Origin: the human T2T-CHM13v2.0 reference genome, Homo sapiens
Assembly (NCBI RefSeq): GCF_009914755.1
Contig: NC_060939.1
DNA length: 64,000 nucleotides
Strand: one strand, 5' to 3'
Position 1 is the stretch's first letter, and each line of letters opens with the position of its first letter. Both the position numbers and the translations under genes were made by a program. Below are positions 46,420 to 59,239 of this stretch, piece after piece. The notes under the pieces are model-generated. The model did no database searches, had not been told where the DNA came from, and saw only the letters and a program-made list of their open reading frames with translations.

Positions 46420-49400
46420 CACAAAATGTTGAAACTAAAAGCATAGAAAAAATTAATATCAATCAAATGCTATGATAACCAAAGGAAAGCTAGGATGACT
46501 ATATTAATATGAAATAAAATTAAAACAAACACAAAGAAACACAATTTATTAGAGATTGATGGGATCACAAATAGAAAATAAAGGGTTCAACTCAGTAACC
46601 AAAATATAACAATTTAAAAGATGTAAACATTTAATAAAATTGCTTTAAAACACATAAAGCAAAAAAGCAATGGAACTACAAAAAGAAACATAAGTCCTCT
46701 ACTTTAATAGGAAAATAAAAAACACCTCTTTTGATTGACAAGTCAATAAGACAGAAAACTAATAAGGACATAGAAGATATGGAAAACACAATAGAAACTT
46801 TCAACTTAATGACTACATGTAGAGTTCTATACAACAATTGGAGAACATACTTATTTTCATTCACATATTCAAATATTGGTTATGTACAAAGCCATAAAGA
46901 AAGCCTCAATAAACTTCAAAGAATAGGTATTCTTCAGATCACAATCTCTGGTCAAAATATAATTAGGCTAAACTTTAATAACAAAAATATTTTCTAAGAA
47001 CCTTCACAGTAATTTTAAAATCCATGGATGTGCAAGAAATTATGATAAAAATTTAAACATACTTATAATTAAATCATGATGAAAAATAATATCCTGTACT
47101 AACACCTATGAAAGTTAGCAAAAATTATGTACCATGGGATATTTACGGCCTTAAGTACGTACATAATAAAACAAGAAAAGTTAAAAATTAATGCGTAAAT
47201 ACCTATCCTAAGAAGTTAGCAATAGAAAATTATCATTATCATAATAAGCAGATTAATAAGAATAAAAATTAATAAAAATAGCATACACAAATACAATGGT
47301 AAAGATAAAACAATGAGTTGGTTCTTTGAAAAAATTAAAATAGATGCTTCTGGCAGAAATAATCTAGAGATACAGAAGACAAAACTAAATAACATTATTT
47401 TTAAAAACCCTGACGCTCATATATAGAGTATAAACTTAGAAGAAAATAAAATAATATGCCATCAATAATATTGTGATTTAATTAAAAACTTAAGTGACTG
47501 TGATAGTTAATTTTATGTCAAGTTGACTGGGCCATAAGGTGCCCAAATATTTGGTCAAACATTATCCTGTTTGTTTCTACAAGGATGTTTCTGGATGTGA
47601 TTAACATTTAAATAAACAGACTGAATAAAGCAGATGGGTGGGCCTTATTCAATCAGTTGAAGGCCTAAATAGAATAAAAAGGCTGATGTCCCCAACCAAA
47701 AAGGAATTCCTCCTGCCTGATTGCTTCCAAAATGGAATATCAGCTTTTTCCTGCCTTTGGATTTGAACTGAAACATCAAGTCTTTCTAGCTCTCAGGCCT
47801 GCCAGCATTTAGACAGGACCTACACCATGGGCTCTCCTGGTTCTCAGGCCTTCAGATTTGGACTGTAACTACACCATCAGCCTTCCTGTGTCTCCAGATT
47901 TCTGTCTTTCTTTGCAAATCTTAGGACTTGCAAGCCTTCATAATTATCACACAAACATACACACACACCCTGTTGTTTCTCTTTTTATGGTGAACCCTAA
48001 TTGAGTAATGTAGACAAATACTTAGGAAAAAATATAACATCAGGACTCAGTGAAAAAGAAATAAAAAGCTTCATTAGTCCTATAACTACTAAGAATTGTA
48101 GCAGTTAAAGAATCACTAAGCCAAGATAGTTTAAAATGAATTCTTATCAATCTTCCAAGGCAAAGAAAAGAAAAAAGTACAAACATTTACATCCACATCC
48201 AAATTGGTTCTATTCTGGATAGGCAAAGATAATTTTACTTTTAAATCTTTATAAATGAAGTTCATTGTGTTAACAAATTGAAAGAGAAACACCATATGAT
48301 AATTTCAATAGAAATAAAAAAAATTAATAAATGTCAACACTTATTCAGAATAAAATATACTGCTAAATATAATTCTAAATGGAAAAAAATTAAGAATCAT
48401 TCTTTTCGTAGTAGAGACTGAGACAAGAGGACCCATTATCACCACTTCTAATTAATATTTTAGTAGAAATACTAGCCGGTATAAGAATTAAGAAAAGAAA
48501 AGAAAAATAAGAAAATTATAAATTTTTGAATAGAAAAAAGTAAAACTGTCATCATTTGAAGATGATATGACTGTTTACATAGAATAGCTAAAATAATACA
48601 GGGAAATTATTTTAGAAATAATTGAAGAGTTTAGCAAAATGTCTACATTAATATATAAAAGCAGTTGCATTCCTGGACAGCAGACATAAACTGGAAAAGG
48701 CAATTGAAAAGAAGACACAATTTTTAGTAATATCAGGGAAAATCCCATATTAAGAAATAAAACAAAAAATTAAAACCTTTATAGAAAAAATATAGATTTA
48801 TTAGACATAGCAAAGATGATATAAATAAGAGGAAAAGAAAACAACATACCAAGTTAAGACAGGAATATCACAGAGATGTTAAGTCTCTCAAAATTCATCC
48901 TTAGGTTCAATGTAATCCCCCTCAAACTGTAACAAGGGTTTTTTTTTTAACTTGATATTTCTAATATGTATTTAGTGGAGTAATGGGCCAAAAATAAGAG
49001 CCAGGATACTTTTAATAAGAGCAGAGAGGAGGAACTTGCCTTGCCAGGTATCAATACTCAGCATGAAGCTGCAGTAATAAAGATAGCATGGTGTTGGTAT
49101 AACAAAGAGAAATTCACCTTGGAATCAGAAGCAGACCCACACATTTATGACACATTGGGGTATGATAGAGGGGTCATATCAGACAAGAGTATAAAAGGGA
49201 AACTTTTGATAAAAAGATGTGGTAAAAAGAGAATCACATAAAAAATAAATTTGTTTTCTAATCTCATAAAAGATTTAATAAAAATCAATTCCAGATGGAT
49301 GTTAAAGGATATAAAGCTCTTAGCAGAAAATGTAGATGAATACAGTTTAGAAATTGAGGTAGGAAAACAATTCTTAAATAAATAAAACATCAATAAATTT

Positions 49401-50400
49401 GGTTATCTTTAAATCAGGATTTTTTTATTCATCACAAGAGTTCTTAAAAGAATATGGAAAAAATAGTTTCAAACTGGGAAGGATACCTGTATTACATAAA
49501 ATGAAAAGACTAATATCAAGAATACATTTTAAAAACTCATAAAAAATAACTGGAAAAATACCAGCAAACCAATAAAAAAAAGAAGGGGTGGTATGGAGAG
49601 TGAGAATAGCCATCTTACAGAGAAGCAAACCTGTGATGAGACAGTCAGCATAATTAGTGATGAGAGAAATGCCATTAATGACCATGAACAGTTTATATGA
49701 TTTAATCGACAAAAAATAAAAATCTGACAATATGAAGTATTGGAGAGAAGTGCATCGACTGAATGAAGACATTCAGATATACAAGATATATTGCTGGAGG
49801 GAGTATAAATTCGGTGAACTACTTTGGGAAATAGTTGGATATTCCCCTTTAGAGTCCCCATGTTTTGGCCTGGCAATTCTGTGGCTCGGAATATACCCAA
49901 GAGAAACTCTTGCATGTGAACACAGGAGACATGACCTGGAATATTTATAGCAGTACTGTTCACATTATTCGAAATTTGGAAACAGCCCAAATGCTCACCA
50001 GCAGGACAGTGGGTGGCTAAAATATGGTACATGCACACCATAAAATATCACAAGCAATGAGGATGAGTAACCACGGGGATGTGCAAAAAGAGGGATGAAA
50101 TTTAGCAGTATAATATTAAGTAAAAAGCAATTCTGGAAGGATTATATGCAGTATGATACCCATTTTTATAAAATTAAATGTAAGTACAAATAATATATGT
50201 AATATATAATTTTAGCAATTCCTACATATAAAATAAATGTGTAAAAAGGAAAGCAGGAGAAGGATGAATATGGAATTCAAGATGATCACCTTCTCAGGTG
50301 AGGGTTGGCAGAGGGATGAGAAAAGATATCATCATTATCAAGATCCTAGTTTCTATTATAGTTGATAGATTCATGGATGGCTATAACATTATTAAAAGTA
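46420..50400 (+). mobile_element. Ancient L1ME ORF2 and 3'UTR remnant
   Basis: Decayed EN (DKSIRQKTNKDIEDMENTI), RT and C-terminal pieces; aatatacccaagagaaactcttgca 3' region. Confidence 0.8.
47499..48009 (+). mobile_element. MLT2B-like ERVL solo LTR inserted in L1ME
   Basis: tgtgatagttaattttatgtcaagttgactgggcca...caatcagttgaaggcct...(CA)n...gaaccctaa. Confidence 0.88.
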
Positions 50401-51869
50401 ACTAAAGGAAGTCATGCGTGGATCAACAATGGAATGATTTTAATGGATACAATTTTGCTTATCTGAGGTCTAAAGGTGGCAGTGAATTCACTGTCTCCCA
50501 CAGGATATTGGGATTGATTACAGAAGCTATGCTATGGCTACAGTGAAGAGATGGGTAGACACGTAGCCACAAGAACTGTTCTTTTTTGTGCATGAGGGAG
50601 GACTTTGTCCTCAGAAAGAAGGTGTTTCTTGTCCTTTGTTGTTACCTGGAACTGTTCTGCCTCTTTCTTTTGCTGCAGTAAGAAAGCTCTATATGGGACG
50701 GCAAATTCCACAGTCAGCTCTTATGACAAAGACTGGTCAGGATATGCTATGTCAGAGCCCTTTGATTTCAATTGATAGCACTGATGATTTCCACACAGCT
50801 CACTCCTACAGCCTACCCCTGCTGACTTTGTCTTAGGGAAACTACCCTTTTTGGAGCCCCTCTCTTATTGTTTCCATGTTGACATGCTCTTTTTTAAAAA
50901 AAAAAAATTATGTTCTCAATTACAGGAATTTGTAGCATCCATAGCATAGGTTCTTAAATGCCATGGTCTGCTGCTGGACAGCTTCCTACGTTCCTAATGC
51001 CTCTGTGAATCTGTGCTTTTATTTTTTCCTTTCTCTGTCACTTCACTGGGCTTTAAGCCATAAGGAGGTATAACATCATGTACTCTGTCAGCCATCTTAA
51101 ACTGGAAGTTCTTGGAAATTCGTTTAGAATGAAGACAGGGAGCTGGGGCTGCTTTGGTCTCTTTGAAAACATAAAATGTTGATGATTTAGAAAGATGTGT
51201 TCTAGTGATTTGAGTCAGAATTCTTAAATTATTTATCAGACTCAGGCTGAGCTACTAGAACTGAACAAAACAAACAGAATAAGTCTAAAAGAAAATTGGG
51301 TTGCCAACAATTGAGCCTTTAGATAGAAAGTCTACAACCCTCAGCACAAGTGCTGTATTCCTCAGACTACAGCGACTTTCAGACATACTAAATATATGTA
51401 CATGGCAAACACATTAAGAGCTGTTGAAATAACAAGCTGAACTTTAAATAATTTGTTAGGATGGCTTCTCTTGTTTTCTCCCATTGAAAATGGTCACTTA
51501 TATTCTGCAGGAATGGTCTGAAATTTTAATTTAATTTTGTTTGCAAGACATTCTAACCTACTGATATGAGAGATACACTGAAGTGCATGCATTTTTTTGT
51601 TTGTTTTTTTCCATATGACCCCTTTAGGAAATCTTCAGTTAGAGCCATTAAAAAAAGTAGTTTTATTGGGTTACATAAATAATATGCACCAAAATTTCCA
51701 GGAAAATTGTAGAAAATAAAACAGTGAGAATCCCTGAGGTATAATACTACACTTTGTCTACTGAGACATCTAAGATTGATCTTCAGTGCTACCCAAGACC
51801 TCCCACGGATAAACTTGACCCTTTATTTTATTTTTTGCCCATTCACTCACCTTCTTTGGTTGTACCCTG

Positions 51870-52356
51870 GTTTTCCATCACATCTAAAATCCAGATACTA
51901 GCCTATCTATGAATTCCACAGTCTTGATTATAGCTTGCAATGATCTGACCTTGCCCTGCTGTCTCCCTGTCTTCATGGTTTAATCACATTGCCTTTGGTT
52001 TCTGAAACATGCCAAGATCCTTGCACTTGTGTTTTTCTTCTTTCTGCCTAGAGTATTCATACGCTTTCACCTCTCCTGACTAGCATCGATTCACTCTTTA
52101 ATTCTCAGCTTAAATATCCCTTGTTCATGAAGATTTTTCTGACCTCCCTATATAAAATCCTAGCAGCTTGAAGCTTTTCCTTAGAGCAATGATCAATATT
52201 ACAATTTTATACCTGTGTTATATTTCCCTTTGGTTCCTGTTTAATGTGTCTTCAGTATGGCATTAGGACAGGTATGATACATCTTTGTTCCCTGTATAAG
52301 TGCAATAAATGTACAATGGTTAAAACTTAGTAGGTTTCCAATACATATTTACTGAG
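51870..52356 (+). mobile_element. L2 3' fragment
   Basis: tgatctgaccttgcc...ccttgcacttgtg...tctcagcttaaatatccc...tagtaggtttccaatacatatttactga. Confidence 0.65.
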
Positions 52357-52479
52357 CTCCACAAACTGAAGGTAGAGTTTTAGATAAATTAGGGCTAAAG
52401 TACACACTTGAGGAAAAACCAAGTCCAGATTCACTGTTACATATTGCACTTGTTAGAGCCGATCTTTCACCCCTGATGT

Positions 52480-52700
52480 GACCTAATTCACTCTTGATTC
52501 TAGGATGAAGTTTTACTTTTACTATCAAAAAATTGGAGGTCTTAATATATTCCCTGAATCTTTATCTTTAGGCAAGTCACAAAACTTTTCTGAGCCATGG
52601 TTCTTTCATTTGAATAGTGAAGGTCAGGTTAGTCAGGATGATTAAGTGAGACCATTTGAACACAGAGTTCAGTACTGATGCAAGAGCACACAGCCACACA
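52480..52700 (+). mobile_element. MIR fragment
   Basis: tttaggcaagtcacaaaacttttctgagcc...gtcaggatgattaagtgaga. Confidence 0.55.
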
Positions 52701-52734
52701 CAGATGCTAGCTCCTTTTCCTCACTATTATACTT

Positions 52735-53423
52735 GTGTGTGAGTTCAGACCAAGTTAGAGAGCACACAGCCAACATAAGACCACTCTCACTTCTGACACC
52801 AATTGTAACTTGAGCACGGTGGTTCCCAAAACTACCCTCAGATGTGATAATTTGCTAAAAGCACTCGCAGAATTCACTGCAAGCCATTACACTCATGGTT
52901 ACATACGGTTTCACAGTGAAAGAATGCAGATTAAAATCAGCCAAGGGAGAGACACATACTGCAGAGTCCAGGAGGCATCCAAATGTGGAGTTTCCAGTCC
53001 TGACTGTGGAGTCAGGACAGTGTTAATTCTTCCTAGCCATAATGTGGGATAACATGCATAGAGTATTGTTGACCTATGCCACACCTGATACACACCTGAG
53101 CCACAGCAACCAGGGCCTTTAGTAGGGCCTCACAGCTTAGGCATGATTGATTGATTGATTGCCTACATAGTTGATCTTTATCTCCAGGTTGGCTGAGATT
53201 GTGTGTTCCAAAACTCCCCACCCTAAGTCACATTGCTACCATCTGGCTTGGCCTAAGGACCTCACCCTAAATCACATTGCTAGACAATCCAGTGTGACCC
53301 AAGGCCCCCAGACAATCAGACACACCTATTAGGCATGCTACTGCAATGAGTAGAGATTACCTTGTAATCTCTAAGGCAGAGGTCAGGCCTATTTTGGGGC
53401 AAGGTTAAATTAGTTATTACATA
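52735..53423. mobile_element. MER21-family LTR
   Basis: cacttctgacaccaattg...ccaaaactaccctcagatgtgataatttgcta...cagattaaaatcagccaaggga...gggcaaggttaaatt. Confidence 0.8.
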
Positions 53424-53609
53424 GATGGATACCACATGTTCACCTATTGGCTCCTTATACAAACTCCATTTTCATACCCATCTTCTTCATCAATTCAAAG
53501 TTCCATCTTCCCTGGAACATTAATTTCTTTTCATCTCCTCTCCTTGCTCTGTGACATAGAGTCATCTTCAAGCTGAATGTAAGTAAGCTGAATGCTTATT
53601 AATGTATTG

Positions 53610-53960
53610 GCCTTAATCTATTTAGACTGCTCTAACAAATACCATAAACCAGGTAGATTATAAACAATAGAAATTTATTTCTCACAGTTCTGGAGGCTGG
53701 GAAGTGTAAGATCAAGGTGCCAGAAGATTCAGTGTGGTGGAGGCCACTTTCTCATATATAGCACTTTCTTGCTGTGTCTTTACATGACAGAGAGGGCAGG
53801 GTGGCTCTCTGGGACCTTTTTTTTTTTAAGGATGATAATACCATTTATGAGGGCTTCATCCTCATAATCTAATCACTTCCAAAATGGCCCTACCTCCTAA
53901 TACCATTGCCTATGGGTTAGGATATAAATTTGGGGGGACACAAATATTCAAACCGTATCA
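53610..53960 (-). mobile_element. MLT1A0-like MaLR solo LTR
   Basis: agaaatttatttctcacagttctggaggctgggaagt...aagatcaaggtgccag...ggggacacaaatattcaaacc. Confidence 0.88.
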
Positions 53961-54234
53961 ATATACTACAACTGTGTTGTACCTTTCACTAGGTTTCTCT
54001 AAAATGACCTCTTACCTCAATTCTATAGCAATATGGTATAGTAGTTCAAGATAGACTTCGGAGCCAAAATCCTAAAACCTGCCACTGACTAGGTCTGTAA
54101 CTTTGTGTCTCTCTGTCTTTTTCTTTTTCCAAAATTAGTGAATCCCCAAAGATATTCCCCTATGCCTATTTTGTACAGACTACATATAAGAATCACCTGG
54201 TGAACTTGTTAAAACCTGATATTTCTTGGTGAAG

Positions 54235-54800
54235 TGGTCAGTATTCTTGGTTGCAAACGACAGAACCCACTCTTGCAAGCTGAAGCAAAAAGGAGCTTAT
54301 TACAGCATATACCATTGCCCTTAAAATCCCCATAGTCTCAGAGACTGAGATTTCAGCTCTGAGAATACAGAGACAAAACAGGATAAAAGCTGCACCACTG
54401 GTTAGCTCCCAGACTTGATTCTACCACTGCTGCTGTTACATAGTACCCAGCATGAACACTGAGCACTAAATCCTGAAGCCAAAATACTGAGCAAAGTGTG
54501 TGTCCACAGGATCTCAGCTAGAACTGCCTCTAAAGGCTCTATAACTCTCTGCCAATCTCCAGTTGCCCCAATGATAAAACATTACTTCCCTCCTCACACC
54601 ACCCTTTCCAGAAACGAACCCCAAGAAGAGGCATCTGTTGGACAGAGCCTAGAGTGCATACTACGACCCCAACCAGAAGTCAACTGCACAAGTGAGTGTT
54701 CAGGTGTCGACCTGGAGAAGATGAGGCTTGCATTGCAGGAAATAACTAAAATGTAGAAGTAGTATACCAAATATTCTGACACACACAAATGTTACAAATG
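54235..54800 (-). mobile_element. old MLT1-type LTR, probably the LTR of the adjacent internal fossil
   Basis: gtcagtattcttggttgcaaacgacagaacccactc...aagcaaaaaggagcttatt. Confidence 0.55.
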
Positions 54801-54823
54801 AAGAATTCATCTGTTGCCTATTA

Positions 54824-55311
54824 TGAGAAGCAGAGGTCCAAGCACATCTGCCCACTACATCTTGTTGTCAGAGTCACTAAGTAAAACAACACAGTGAAGC
54901 ACTGGATGGAACAATGCTTTACTCACATATGGAAGAGACAGAGCAAGATTGGCTTCAGTGGGAGGCATTGGTCCCCCATGGCCAGTAGGTTTCTTCCAGC
55001 TACCAAAACAGGGCAATTGAGCTGTATACATCCATCTTGAGCTGCAAAAGAAGGATCCTGTCTCCTCCTCACAGAGAACTCATAAAGCAGTGGGGTTGGC
55101 CAGGAGCTATATGATGCAGATACTGAAGTGGAACAAAAAATACACACTGAGCCCAAAATAGGGAACAGTTTTTCCATATAAGATGAAAAGTGCAGCACAG
55201 GCTGTGAGGATGCTTTATCTCTTGGTAAGGAAGTGTCCCAGGCCAAGGCCCATTCTCATGCAGCTTTGTGGAGGTCAAAAGACTGCATGCAGGGGACTGA
55301 CTTTTCTAACA
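54824..55311 (-). mobile_element. MER70-like ERVL solo LTR
   Basis: Reverse strand starts tgttagaaaagtcagtcccctgcatgcagtctttt...gagaatgggccttggcctgggacacttccttaccaagagataa; TG..CA ends. Confidence 0.65.
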
Positions 55312-55399
55312 AATGTGATAGACACTTATCCACATGATTCCATAATCACCCAACCACATGGACAATGTGCACCCTTCATCTATATTTCAATTACAAATA

Positions 55400-56900
55400 A
55401 CACTACCACTCTGCCCCAACAAACATAAAACAGCGATTCATCATAAATGAGACAGACCAAAGACTTAGTTGCATTTTCGTCTTCTAAGACTGGTATCTTA
55501 AGTGATATCCTTTCTCCTTCAGTTCTACCACAATCCTATTGACTAAATTGGTAGAGTAATATAACCTATGTGCTAAATTTTACAGTTACCTAATGTAAGT
55601 ATATTCTATAAACAATAGAAGAAAATAAGGGAATCATTTAAATATTAATTACAAAATCAGTAAGCAGTTATGGATAAGTATTGCTTTAATTTCTGCTCTA
55701 GTTCAAGCAGCCTTGAATGGTATTTATTATTTTATCCACTACATTTCTATGTTCATTTTGCTCTCTGTCAACACTTTAGATGTTCTTTACTCTTCTCCAG
55801 GTGGATGGCCTAAATTTCATCCTTGAACGATTATAATTCTTCGTGGCTTTATCTGTATGAAGTTGCTTTAGTTTTCCATTAACATTTACCCTTGCACATG
55901 GCAAAAGCAGAAAACATACCAGAAGATCTCCTGAGTTTTCAGAAAAAATTTCTCTACTCCTATTCTCACACCTAGTATATATCAACAACCCCACTGTTTC
56001 TTGAAAACCAGAATTAATAACCCCACAAAGATCATTTTTACCCCTGCTCACACGATGTCCCCAGAAGCTTGAAATTTCAATGGAACTATTATGGAACCCC
56101 ATGGAGGGAGCATTTCTACAATGGCTACTAAGACCACTGAACCAGCAGAAACTAGAGATAGAGTAAGGAAAGCACAATCTCACGAATATGCTATGGTAAA
56201 ATGGTGTAAAGTGGCCTTCCCTCTTCCACCCCTCACTTCTGAATTCATGAATGCTGGCTATTAGGGACGCAGCACCAGTTCTGTCTCCTACTAGTACCTT
56301 CAGTTATTAAAACATTATTTTCTGTAAGACCAACTATTAGGCTGGTGCAAAAGTAATTGAGGTTTTTGTTATTTAAAAATAATGGCAAAAACTGCAATTA
56401 TTTTTGCACCAAAAAATATTTCTGGATCATGGGTGATCATCATAGGACCTCTAAATTCCATGAGTATAAGCCCATGGCTTCAATTCTGTTACTGTAAAAT
56501 CAGGTTTTTGGTCTGAGGCAATGTTGTTGCATAGGGTATTTACTCAGTCCAGACTTATATTGTCATAGAAATATGGCTAGTAGAGAAGACAATTCTAAAT
56601 CCAGGTCCTATATCTGTCACAGTTAAGATAAATTAGAAAGATTCCAATGTATTCATCCTACTACTGGTAGGTTGGTTGGTTCTCCTGTATTTAGTATAAT
56701 AACAGGGCTCAGAATTGGTCACACCACTGCAAAATTGGGCATCCAGCATTGGCAGTATTCAAGTCATCTTTGAAGAGAAGTCCATGCTGTTGAGCCTTTG
56801 TATAATCTCCATCCCTGTCCCCATGAGCTTCCTGAGCAAGCCTTGTGGCTGCTAATGAAAAGGGAATGTTATGCATTAGGCATTTTTTTTTCACCTGCTT
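55400..56900 (-). mobile_element. ERVL / MLT1-int internal region with integrase and dUTPase-region fossils
   Basis: ORF 56709..56894 (AQEAHGDRDGDYTKAQQHGLL..DL..A.AGCPI) resembles the ERVL integrase HHCC finger; ORF 55776..56183 (GVINSGFQETVGLL...NGKLKQ) resembles the ERVL dUTPase/pol end. Confidence 0.75.
56337..56416. mobile_element. MADE1 (Hsmar1-derived MITE), full length
   Basis: 80-bp palindrome ttaggctggtgcaaaagtaattg...caattatttttgcaccaa with TA flanks. Confidence 0.92.
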
Positions 56901-57099
56901 TCTCCTATCTTTCCCTGCTGCTAGGGGCTTTTGTGAATATTTACTTGGAAAATAACTTTTCTCACTTAAGGCTCATTCTGAAGTCCCTTTCATGAAATTG
57001 TTACCCAAAATACTTTATCACCAATATATCAGAATTCTATTTCCCACTAAGCACCTGACCAAATCAAAGCTCAGAAAAGAAACTAGTGAAAGAGAGAAA

Positions 57100-58220
57100 T
57101 GTAACCATTACAACATAAATGGCACATTGAAAGCAGTAAAGATGAGAATTAGCATTACTGAAAACAAAGGACAGGAATGACAAATAAGAAAAATGTCTAA
57201 ATGAAATTGAAATACAAAGAAATAAAACTAAAAAAGTTTAAATAATGAGAGAAGAAATGACAGATCTGGAAGAAAGATGAATTTGATTCAATATATACTG
57301 ATAACCAGGAAGATGAGAGTTAAATAAATGGGTCAAAACCTATTCAAATAAATCAAAAAAACTTTTTAGACCTAAAAAAAATTGTGACATTTATAGTTTT
57401 GAAAAGTTCCTTGTGTCTTGGTAAATATACTGGATTTTAAAATTAAAGAAATAATCTTTTGCATATCAAACCATGCACCAAATAATGTCTGCTATAAGAG
57501 ATGGGAGTAGGGCTGGGTGGCTCAGGCTGGGTAGCTCTACAACAAATGCTAAAAGACAGTGGATCTGTACCTACCATGCCTTTAGAGAAAGGAAACTTGA
57601 TCTTAAGCTTTAACCATTCAACCCAAGGATGAGCAGATAAATGAAGCTAAAATACCCAAGGTAAGCAGTGAACACATTCAGCCGTGGAAGAAAGACAAAA
57701 ACAAAAGTGAGGACCATGATTGCAGAAAGCAAAGTGTTACAGGAAATGACAGTATGGAAATGATACACCTAACACAAATGGAAGGAAAAAGGAGACAAAG
57801 GGAGAGGTAAGGTAAATATGTTTGATTACCTCAACTTTTAATTGCAGGATATCAAAAGGCCTAATTTAAATCTGAAATTGCATGTTATAAATGTGTAGGT
57901 ATACTTAGATACCAAGGTAGACAGGGAAAAAATTAAAGTATATAAAACAGTTAATAACTGAAATCAGTTGTTGGAAGAAAGGAAGGGAAGGTGGATGTTT
58001 ATTTTGCTGTCTCTTGTAGCTGAGCATCAGCAGGCACTGTTTTAATAAGTAGAAGAATGGGTATATTTGATAAAGTTGTCTTCTGCAATTTAAACCAAGC
58101 ATGTATATTACCTATAGAAACTTTTAAATTACTAAGTAAAAGTAATTTATAATATAAATTAAATCAATATAATAAATACAAAATGTATTAAAATATGATA
58201 AAAACTAATTAAACAAAAAT
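57100..58220 (+). mobile_element. HAL1 or old L1M ORF1-like remnant
   Basis: A-rich coiled-coil-type relic (gagagaagaaatgacagatctggaagaaaga...caatatatac); highly decayed. Confidence 0.45.
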
Positions 58221-58229
58221 GATGGTTTC

Positions 58230-58695
58230 TCATTGCCCATGACATATTGTTCAGACTCTATAATAGCACACCCTGAGCTTTCTCATGTATCTTTCTGGAC
58301 TCCTCTCCAACCACTATATAGTATACTCTATGCTTCCCCAACTGTACTATCTACACATTTCATAACATATGTATTTGCTTCCCGGCTTTCATGCATGTCA
58401 TCATGCTATCCCATCTGCCTTGAAGGCTTCTTCTTCCCACCTCTGCAACTTCTTTACTGAAATGTCTTTAGGAGGCTTCTTTGAAAGTTATTTGATGCCC
58501 CTAGGTAAGACTGTTTTATCTTTTGTTCATTGGTTTACTTAATATGTAGGATATAGCTTTATAGCCATTTATTTTTAGGTCTTATTTTTCCCCTTCCTAG
58601 GTTGTATACTCCTACCTGATGAAGACAAATGTTTACACATCCTTCTGTTTCCAACACTTAGCACAGTTAAAAGAAGCAATAAATGAGCAAGAATA
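58230..58695 (+). mobile_element. L2 3' fragment
   Basis: catgctatcccatctgccttgaagg...ccaacacttagcacagtt...aataaatg. Confidence 0.55.
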
Positions 58696-58801
58696 AGGTC
58701 TATTATATATGTTTTCTTCATTGTTTAAACTTTATGTAAATACAAGTATTTGTTTATATGCAAAATTGCATACCTATATGTAGCTAGGTAAAGATAATAT
58801 A

Positions 58802-59239
<438 letters not shown>

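Noticed and set aside
49529-50041. 170-aa minus-strand ORF
   Set aside because: Antisense read of the L1ME ORF2 end and 3'UTR.
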